Assembly: GCA_964503265.1 (NCBI GenBank)
Contig: CAZCYO010000001.1
Span: 25,119 to 89,118, forward strand
Length of the DNA: 64,000 bases
Origin: an uncultured Gammaproteobacteria bacterium
GTDB taxonomy: Bacteria; Patescibacteriota; Microgenomatia; Levybacterales; UBA12049
Direction of reading: 5' to 3'
The position numbers were made by a program, and so were the translations under genes. The notes beneath the pieces are model-generated. The model saw only the letters and a list, made by a program, of their open reading frames with translations. It was not told where the DNA came from and searched no databases. Positions 56,811-64,000 of the stretch are shown in pieces (positions within the stretch are counted from its first letter, which is position 1; each line of letters opens with the position of its first letter).

Positions 56811-57556
56811 TTTTATTAAGTGCGGTTATTATTTCTAAAAACGAAGAAGAAATTATTGCAGACTGTATTGATTCGGTATCGTTTTGTGATGAGATTTTGC
56901 TTATTGATAACAATTCTACAGATAGAACTGCCGAGGTGGCAAAACGATTAGGGGCAAAAATTATTATAGCTGACACTAATAATTTTTCAGAACTTCGTAA
57001 TAGTGGACTTAAGAATGCAAAGGGTAAATGGATACTTTACATTGACGCCGATGAAAGAGTCACACCTGAACTGCAAAACGAAATAATAGAAAAAGTAAAT
57101 GAAAAAAAGAATGTATTCAGTGCTTATAAACTAAAACGGAAGAATTATTATTTAGGGAAATTTGAATGGCCAAAAATTGAGGAAATCACAAGACTTTTTA
57201 AAAAAACTGACTTACAAGAATGGTTTGGGAAACTTCATGAGAGTCCACGAGTCTTAGGTGAGGTGGGAGAAATTGATGGATTTCTTAACCATTATACTCA
57301 TCGTAACTTAACGTATATGGTTACGAAAACGAATAGATGGTCTGAGATTGAAGCAGAACTGCGTTTTGAATCTCATCATCCTAAAATGACATGGTGGAGA
57401 TTTCCACGAGTAATGATGACTGCTTTTTTTGATTCGTATATTAAGCAAAAAGGATATAAACTTGGAACTGCAGGTATTATTGAGAGTATATTTCAAGCAT
57501 ACAGTATGTTTATTACCTATGCAAAGTTATGGGAGAAACAACAAATAAAAAAATGA
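56807..57556 (+). CDS. GT2 glycosyltransferase
   Basis: LSAVIISKNEEE...LLIDNNSTDRT, IDADE. Confidence 0.8.
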   Translation: MILLSAVIISKNEEEIIADCIDSVSFCDEILLIDNNSTDRTAEVAKRLGAKIIIADTNNFSELRNSGLKNAKGKWILYIDADERVTPELQNEIIEKVNEKKNVFSAYKLKRKNYYLGKFEWPKIEEITRLFKKTDLQEWFGKLHESPRVLGEVGEIDGFLNHYTHRNLTYMVTKTNRWSEIEAELRFESHHPKMTWWRFPRVMMTAFFDSYIKQKGYKLGTAGIIESIFQAYSMFITYAKLWEKQQIKK

Positions 57557-58626
57557 AAATAGGAATTTATGATATGTATTTAGATGCGATGGGAGGCGGA
57601 GAAAAATACATGCTCACTATAGCATCATATTTATCAGAGATTCATTCAGTTGATCTTTTTTGGGATGATAAGACTATTCTAAAAAGAGCAGAAAAAAGGT
57701 TTCCACTTAACTATTCTAATATATCTGTTGTAAAGAACTTGTTCATGTCACCATCATCATTTTTTGAAAAAAAGAAAAAAATGGAATCATATGATCTAAT
57801 TATTTATTTAAGTGATGGAAGTATTCCATTTCTTTTTGGAAAGAAAAATATATTACATTTCCAATTTCCAACGCCGTGGGTAAAAAGTCAAAATATATTA
57901 ACGAAATTAAAATTATCAAAGATTACAAAAGTAATATGTAATTCGAATTATACAAAAAAATATATTGATGATATTTTTCATGTCTCCTCAGAAGTCCTTT
58001 ATCCACCATGTACGCTGATTAGACATACTGAAAAAAAACAAAATATTATTCTAACGGTAGGGAGATTAAATATTTTATCTGAGAATAATGACTTTAAGAA
58101 ACTTGAATGGATGCTTTCTGTATTTAAAAATCATATTTATCCTGATTTTAACGACTGGAAATTTATAGTAGTTGTTACATGTGTTGAAGAAGACAAAAAA
58201 ATAGTTGAACAATGGAAAAAAGATGCAGAAAAATTTCCTATTGAAATTATGACTGATATAGAATATTCAAAGCTTGCAGAATTCTATAGTGTAGCGAAGA
58301 TATATTGGCATGCTGCAGGGTATGGAGAGGATCTAAACAAACATCCAGAACGAGCAGAACATTTTGGTATTGCCCCTGTTGAGGCGATGAGTGCGGGTAC
58401 TGTCCCAATTGTAATTAACGCTGGAGGAATTCCTGAAATAATTGATGAAGGTAAAAATGGAATGGTATGGACGACTGAGAAAGAATTAATTTCAAAAACT
58501 AAACAAATGATAATACATAATGACACTCGAGAAAAATTAGCCGAAAATGCGACACTCAAATCAGAATTATTTTCCGAGGAATCATTCGTTAAAAAATTAT
58601 TATCTATAATTCAACAGATATCATGA
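57553..58626 (+). CDS. GT4 (GT-B, retaining) glycosyltransferase
   Basis: EHFGIAPVEAMSAGTVPIVINAGGIPEII E-x7-E motif; ATGA start/stop overlap (track ORF from 57529). Confidence 0.85.
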   Translation: MKIGIYDMYLDAMGGGEKYMLTIASYLSEIHSVDLFWDDKTILKRAEKRFPLNYSNISVVKNLFMSPSSFFEKKKKMESYDLIIYLSDGSIPFLFGKKNILHFQFPTPWVKSQNILTKLKLSKITKVICNSNYTKKYIDDIFHVSSEVLYPPCTLIRHTEKKQNIILTVGRLNILSENNDFKKLEWMLSVFKNHIYPDFNDWKFIVVVTCVEEDKKIVEQWKKDAEKFPIEIMTDIEYSKLAEFYSVAKIYWHAAGYGEDLNKHPERAEHFGIAPVEAMSAGTVPIVINAGGIPEIIDEGKNGMVWTTEKELISKTKQMIIHNDTREKLAENATLKSELFSEESFVKKLLSIIQQIS

Positions 58627-60854
58627 AAAGAGTTTGGTTTATTTTATTACTTATTGGAAGTCTTTCTCTTTTTTTTAAAGATACGTTCATAAAACAATTA
58701 TTACCTATTCCTTCAGATACAATTATCGGCCTTTACTATCCGTATATTGATTATTTTTCCCCAGTATATGAAAGAGGTTATCCGTATAAAAATTTCCTTA
58801 TAACTGATCCAATTCGTCAAACATACCCATGGAGAAATTTATCTATTGAAATTGAAAAAAAGTTTGAACTTCCCATATGGAATCCATATAGTCTTTCAGG
58901 AACTCCATTACTTGCAAATTTTCAAGCAAGTAGTTTTTATCCCTTAAATATTATTTTCTTTTTATTACCATTTTCATTTGCGTGGTCAATTCTAGTAATC
59001 ATAGCACCTCTATTAGCAGGGCTATTCATGTTTGCGTTTCTTGCTAATAAAAAACTTAATTCATGGAGTTGTTTACTTGGTGGTATAAGCTTCGCTTTAT
59101 CAGGTTTTTTTATTTCCTGGCTTGAATGGAATGTTTTAACGCATGTAGTTCTTTGGCTACCATTACTTCTACTGAGTATAGATAAAATATCTGAACAATC
59201 TAAAAAAAATATTTTTTGGGTTATTCTTTTTACTTTTTCACTATGTTCATCATTTTTAGCTGGACATTTACAGACGTTTTTCTATGTATTTTTGACGACA
59301 TTTGCGTATTTCATCTTTCAATATCCATTAATTAACAATAAGAAAAAGTATATAGTCTCTGTTCTTATTGGAATAGTATTATTTACTCTTATTACACTTC
59401 CACAGTCAATTCCTGGATTTAGATTTATTATAGAATCTGCTCGAGATATTGATCCAATTAGCATAGAAACACAATCACAGTATTTACCATGGAAGCACAT
59501 AGTGCAATTCTTAGCTCCTGACTTTTTCGGTAATCCAGCTAAAGGAAATTACTGGGGGGAATGGAATTATGGAGAATTTATATCTTATATTGGACTATTT
59601 CCATTTATATTTGCACTTTTTTCAATTCTTTTTAGAAAAGATCGTGACACTAAATTTTTTATCGTAATATTCATCGTATCTTTAGTGTTATCTCTTCCTA
59701 CATTTTTTGCTAAATTGCCATTTCTTTTCCATGTGCCATTCTTATCAACATCTCAATCAACGAGAATACTTTCCTTAGCTTGTTTTTCTCTGTCCATTCT
59801 TGCAGCATTTGGACTTGATCACTACGAAAAAGAAAAAAGGAAATTATTTATTCCAATTGGAATACTGCTTATTGTTTTTGCACTTCTTTGGGCGTTTATA
59901 TTCATTCGACAACAAGTAATCCCAGTTTCGCTGGAACAATTATTTGTTGCTAGAAGAAACCTTTATTTTCCAAGCGTTTTACTATTTATTACAGAAGTAA
60001 TTGCATTACTTGGATTACTGATCAAGCAAAAAAAACACATGTATATTTTTTATTCTTTAGTGTTTGCTATAACACTTTTTGATTTACTATGGTTTGCTAC
60101 TCGATTTACACCGTTTACTCCTAAAGAATTTTTATACCCAAAAACAAAAATTGTTTCGTATTTACAAAATAATTTAGGAAACAGTCGTTATATGAGCATC
60201 GACTGGCGTATTCTACCTCCTAATTTCTCAATTATGTACAAACTGCAATCAATTGATGGGTATGATCCTTTGTATCTTCGAAGGTATGGAGAATTTATTG
60301 TTGCTTCAGAACGCGAAAAACCTGATATTTCCACACCGTTTGGATTTTATAAACGTATTACTCCGTATAACTATAATTCTCAACTAATTGATCTTCTTGG
60401 TGTGAAATTTGTGTTAAGTTTATACGAACTGCAATCCCCTAAATTGACGAAAGTATTTGAAGAGGGATTGACGAAGGTTTATGAAAATAAAGATGTATTA
60501 CCACGAACATTTTTTGTGAAAAAAACTATTGTAATTCCTCATACACAAGAAAATATTAACATGCTATTTGCTTCAAACTTTTCACTTCGAAATAACGCAA
60601 CTGTTGAAGAAGGAAATTCGAAAGACATAAGTGTTGGGAAAAGTAACATCATTTCGTATAAGCCTAATGAAGTAACTATTAGGACTGAAAATACTGGTGA
60701 AGGCTTTCTTGTTTTATCTGATACATACTATCCGACCTGGCACGTTCAGATTGATGGTGTTGAAGCGAAACTCTACAGAGCAGACTATGCCCTCAGAGGT
60801 GTATATGTTCCGAAAGGTAATCATGTAGTGAGATTTTATGATACGCTTTTCTAA
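58623..60854 (+). CDS. YfhO-family membrane protein
   Basis: PIWNPYSLSGTPLLANFQASSFYPLNII motif typical of YfhO; ~14 TM + C-terminal beta-domain. Confidence 0.65.
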   Translation: MKRVWFILLLIGSLSLFFKDTFIKQLLPIPSDTIIGLYYPYIDYFSPVYERGYPYKNFLITDPIRQTYPWRNLSIEIEKKFELPIWNPYSLSGTPLLANFQASSFYPLNIIFFLLPFSFAWSILVIIAPLLAGLFMFAFLANKKLNSWSCLLGGISFALSGFFISWLEWNVLTHVVLWLPLLLLSIDKISEQSKKNIFWVILFTFSLCSSFLAGHLQTFFYVFLTTFAYFIFQYPLINNKKKYIVSVLIGIVLFTLITLPQSIPGFRFIIESARDIDPISIETQSQYLPWKHIVQFLAPDFFGNPAKGNYWGEWNYGEFISYIGLFPFIFALFSILFRKDRDTKFFIVIFIVSLVLSLPTFFAKLPFLFHVPFLSTSQSTRILSLACFSLSILAAFGLDHYEKEKRKLFIPIGILLIVFALLWAFIFIRQQVIPVSLEQLFVARRNLYFPSVLLFITEVIALLGLLIKQKKHMYIFYSLVFAITLFDLLWFATRFTPFTPKEFLYPKTKIVSYLQNNLGNSRYMSIDWRILPPNFSIMYKLQSIDGYDPLYLRRYGEFIVASEREKPDISTPFGFYKRITPYNYNSQLIDLLGVKFVLSLYELQSPKLTKVFEEGLTKVYENKDVLPRTFFVKKTIVIPHTQENINMLFASNFSLRNNATVEEGNSKDISVGKSNIISYKPNEVTIRTENTGEGFLVLSDTYYPTWHVQIDGVEAKLYRADYALRGVYVPKGNHVVRFYDTLF

Positions 60855-61803
60855 TATGAATATTAGTATAATTATTCCTAATTATAATGGTGAAGAAATA
60901 CTTGAAAAAAACCTTTCTTCTGTTCTTTCAATTCTCTCAAAATATAAAAATGGCGAAAAAGAACTAATTGTCATTGATGATGCATCACGTGATTCTTCAG
61001 TAAAAATCATACAACAACTATTTGAACGTTTTAAAGATAGCAATATTACTACTACATTACTTGAAAATAAACGAAATGTGGGATTTTCACCGACTGTAAA
61101 TACAGGGATAACGATTGCACGTGGCGAGATACTTATATTACTAAATACTGACGTTATTCCAGAGGATAATTTTATCGAACCTCTTCTTACTCATTTTTCA
61201 GATGAATCTGTATTTGCTGTCGGATGTCTTGAACGAAGTGTAGAGGGGGAAACTATTGATCTTTATGGAAGAGGGTTAGGAAAGTGGGAACATGGATTTC
61301 TTGTTCATCGGGCAGGTGATGTAAACGAAAAAAATACACTCTGGGTAAGTTGTGGAAGTGGTGCATTCAGAAAAACTATATGGGAAAAACTCGGTGGTCT
61401 TAATGAAGTATATGCGCCATTTTATTGGGAAGATATCGATCTTTCGTATCGTGCGCTTAAATGCGGGTATACAGTGGTTTTTGATTCAAAAAGTGTCGTA
61501 ACTCATAGGCATGTTGATGGTGCAATTAAAAAAACACAAAAATCTTCATATATCCGAAGTATTGCGACACGAAATCAATTTCTTTTCGTTTGGAATAATG
61601 TAACAGATACATCGTTAGTATTATCACACATCTTTTCTCTTCCAATACATATAGCTCGTGCAATACGACATGGAGATCTACCCTTTATTATTGGTTTTTT
61701 TAAAGCAATTGGGAAATTCCAGAATGTAATCACATATCGATCACATATGATTAAACACTTTAAAAAGAGTGATGCAGAAGTTATCCGGGAGGTAAATAAA
61801 TGA
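60838..61803 (+). CDS. GT2 glycosyltransferase
   Basis: ISIIIPNYNGEE...LIVIDDASRDSS, NTDV. Confidence 0.85.
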   Translation: MIRFSNMNISIIIPNYNGEEILEKNLSSVLSILSKYKNGEKELIVIDDASRDSSVKIIQQLFERFKDSNITTTLLENKRNVGFSPTVNTGITIARGEILILLNTDVIPEDNFIEPLLTHFSDESVFAVGCLERSVEGETIDLYGRGLGKWEHGFLVHRAGDVNEKNTLWVSCGSGAFRKTIWEKLGGLNEVYAPFYWEDIDLSYRALKCGYTVVFDSKSVVTHRHVDGAIKKTQKSSYIRSIATRNQFLFVWNNVTDTSLVLSHIFSLPIHIARAIRHGDLPFIIGFFKAIGKFQNVITYRSHMIKHFKKSDAEVIREVNK

Positions 61804-63734
61804 TCTTGTTTGGAGGAATATATTTTTTTATTTTGCTTGGGTTATTTATTTATCTTCCTGGCAGATTTGCTTTGAGAATGAGTAGATTTTTAATAACTGA
61901 TCCAGTTATTCGTATACCAATTGAATTTGGAGTTGGTAGTGCAGGCTTTATGATAGCGATGTATTTCCTCTCATGGATACACGTCGAGCTACTATATTTG
62001 TTTTTATTATTTCCAATTATATTTTTTGAAGTAAAACACAGTTTTTATTTCATCAAAAAGATACAATGGCCTTTTCCATTTTTTGAATCATTTATTATTC
62101 TCCTTGGAAGCTGTATTGCATTATTTATAACGGGGCGATCAGGATATATCCACAATGGCGAATTATTTTTTTATGGTGTGAATGCAACTGATGCTATATT
62201 TCATTTAAGCCTTATTGGGAATCTGATGCATGAATTTCCGCCGACGCATGCAGGAATGGCAGGAATTAGTCTCCATGGATATAACTTTCTTTATGATTTA
62301 TTTATAGCAAATTTTGCGAAGTTTTTCTTTTTAGATCCAATGGACCTTTTCTTTAGGTACTTTTCACTATTCGTCTCACTTTTTTATGGATTTTCATCTC
62401 TTGCATTAGCTCGTTTTCTGAAAATGGATAAAGTAACTTCAAGAATATTTATTTTTCTAGCATTTTTTGCACAAGGAACTACTTTTATTTTCAATTATCT
62501 TCATATACTATATGATCCTGCTATTGTTCAGCCGCTAGGAAATATCGTTGACCCATCTGTTCTTTTTTCTATCTCTCTTTTCTATATATCAGTAGTTCTA
62601 TTATTTTCTCTTACTAATAAATCACATGTGATTGTTACAGCAATTATATTCTCTGTAGTTCCTATGATTAAGATTTATACTGCTTTTTTACTTTTTTGCG
62701 CACTTGGAATTGTAACTATTATTGCATTTATCAAAAATAGTAAAAATAAATATAACTACATAATGGTTTTGTTGTTAGCTGGAATTATTGGTGGTGTTAT
62801 GTATGCTCCCATAAACTTAGGAGTTGGCAAACTTATTTTTGCACCATTCTTATTTTATTCACATTTTCTAGAAAGCTATTCCCCAATGAATAACTCAGAT
62901 TGGTGGATGAGAATGCTTGTTTATTTTGAACATAAGAATTACTTACGTATTATTGAGAATTACATTATTCTTTTGGCACTTTTTTTTATTCCATCCTTAA
63001 GTTTAAGAGTGTTTGGATTAGTACAAATAAGACGTATATTTAATAAAGACTTCTATTCACTTCAAAACACATTTTTTATCAGTGCTGTGGTACTAGGTGT
63101 GTTTATTCCTAGTTTTTTTATACAAAATATTGCCGTATTTGTTATTGTTCAATTTCTATGGATAACATATTTTATTTTGTTAATCCCCGCGGCTTTTGGA
63201 ATATCTTCACTGTATGCTATTACTCCCCGTTTTGGAAAGATAATCGTGTTGCTAGTGATGATTATTATTTCACTTCCAGATTTATTTTCTCTAGTAACGG
63301 TTTATGCAAGGAAGCCTCTTATTATTTCATCATCAGAAGTGGCTATCGCAAATTTAATAAAAGATACTGTACCACAAAAGAGTACACTTCTTGTATTGAA
63401 CACTCATAAATTAGGAGAACGTTTTGAAACTTCCTATACAATTCCAATTGTTTCTGCTTTGAGCAGACATGATGTATACTATGAACCTGAAGTGCTTGAA
63501 TTTTCGGGACTAGATATGGAAGTTATTAAAAGAAAAGAACTTATTTCTACAGTAGATCAAATATTATCGAATTGCTCAGATAGTAAAAATACTAATGATA
63601 AAATTATTTCTTTATTAAAAATTGCAAAAAGCAACTATATAGTAACTCTTGATAATAAACCTTGCTTTCAATCCCTTCCATCGTTTATTCTCTTATCTCA
63701 GAAAGGAGAAGCTGCCCTCTATAAACTCAGATGA
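61800..63734 (+). CDS. large polytopic membrane protein (GT-C/polymerase-like), unknown
   Basis: 644 aa, >14 TM. Confidence 0.35.
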   Translation: MILFGGIYFFILLGLFIYLPGRFALRMSRFLITDPVIRIPIEFGVGSAGFMIAMYFLSWIHVELLYLFLLFPIIFFEVKHSFYFIKKIQWPFPFFESFIILLGSCIALFITGRSGYIHNGELFFYGVNATDAIFHLSLIGNLMHEFPPTHAGMAGISLHGYNFLYDLFIANFAKFFFLDPMDLFFRYFSLFVSLFYGFSSLALARFLKMDKVTSRIFIFLAFFAQGTTFIFNYLHILYDPAIVQPLGNIVDPSVLFSISLFYISVVLLFSLTNKSHVIVTAIIFSVVPMIKIYTAFLLFCALGIVTIIAFIKNSKNKYNYIMVLLLAGIIGGVMYAPINLGVGKLIFAPFLFYSHFLESYSPMNNSDWWMRMLVYFEHKNYLRIIENYIILLALFFIPSLSLRVFGLVQIRRIFNKDFYSLQNTFFISAVVLGVFIPSFFIQNIAVFVIVQFLWITYFILLIPAAFGISSLYAITPRFGKIIVLLVMIIISLPDLFSLVTVYARKPLIISSSEVAIANLIKDTVPQKSTLLVLNTHKLGERFETSYTIPIVSALSRHDVYYEPEVLEFSGLDMEVIKRKELISTVDQILSNCSDSKNTNDKIISLLKIAKSNYIVTLDNKPCFQSLPSFILLSQKGEAALYKLR

Positions 63735-64000
63735 AGTTGTCCATAGTCATCCCTGTATTTAACGAAGAGAAAACTATCGTAATTGTTCTCAAAAGACTTC
63801 TTGCTCTAGAGTTGCCAGGCATTAAAAAAGAAATCATTGTTGTTGATGATGGTTCTATCGATAAGACGTTAAATAAAATTAAACGATTTGTTTCTACTCA
63901 TCCAGAGATTATTATCGTTTCCCATGAACGAAATTACGGGAAGGGAAAAGCGATACGAAGCGGCATAAAAAAAGCTAAAGGCACCTATATTCTTATTCAA
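63731..64000 (+). CDS. GT2 glycosyltransferase, 3' end off window
   Basis: LSIVIPVFNEEKTI...IIVVDDGSIDKT; ATGA overlap with upstream stop. Confidence 0.8.
   Translation, partial: MKLSIVIPVFNEEKTIVIVLKRLLALELPGIKKEIIVVDDGSIDKTLNKIKRFVSTHPEIIIVSHERNYGKGKAIRSGIKKAKGTYILIQ

Noticed and set aside
1-64000. rRNA genes or other tRNAs
   Set aside because: Only one cloverleaf (42517..42589) could be folded by eye; no further TΨC/GTTCGAAT-type motifs noticed, but an exhaustive scan was not possible without tools

Overview
This is an AT-rich bacterial chromosomal segment using the standard genetic code with Shine-Dalgarno sites, and it is gene-dense on both strands. I had no tools and ran no searches, so every product call below rests on motifs I read by eye in the six-frame translations.

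Gene content from start to end:
- A partial NAD-dependent epimerase runs off the window start, followed by a GIY-YIG nuclease, an RRM/glycine-rich RNA-binding protein, HflX, a family-4 uracil-DNA glycosylase, and MutL and MutS.
- Next come a KGG stress protein, a soluble GAF histidine kinase translationally coupled to a P-loop protein, and a GDE-like glycosidase.
- A large RHS/YD-repeat polymorphic-toxin locus (about 15.0-24.5 kb) follows, with an uncharacterised C-terminal tip and a string of small candidate immunity genes.
- After that come two response regulators without a kinase partner, a secreted thermonuclease, Lon, an SDR, MazG-like, HAD-like, Asp-racemase, Nudix-like, VOC, DUF2277, acyltransferase-3, DUF1801, Rsm22-like and CspA genes.
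- There is a frameshifted TadA-like deaminase, one tRNA-Glu(CUC), and a His-phosphatase gene in a G+C-rich patch.
- From about 44.5 kb to the window end there is a very large glycosylation cluster with at least seven GT2 genes, one GT4, a Wzx-like flippase, a YfhO-like protein and several GT-C-like polytopic membrane proteins.

Non-coding signals I could see:
- A dispersed family of 'GTCATTCCCG-loop-CGGGAATC' hairpin repeats at six or more sites.
- An approximately 11-bp-phased ATATGG direct-repeat array next to the OmpR-type regulator.
- A four-copy inverted/direct 10-mer operator-like element upstream of hflX.
- A riboswitch- or attenuator-like leader with mutually exclusive helices, ending in an intrinsic terminator, upstream of the glycosylation cluster.
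- Several small G+C-rich islands in an otherwise AT-rich background.

I saw no rRNA, CRISPR array, transposase or integrase.
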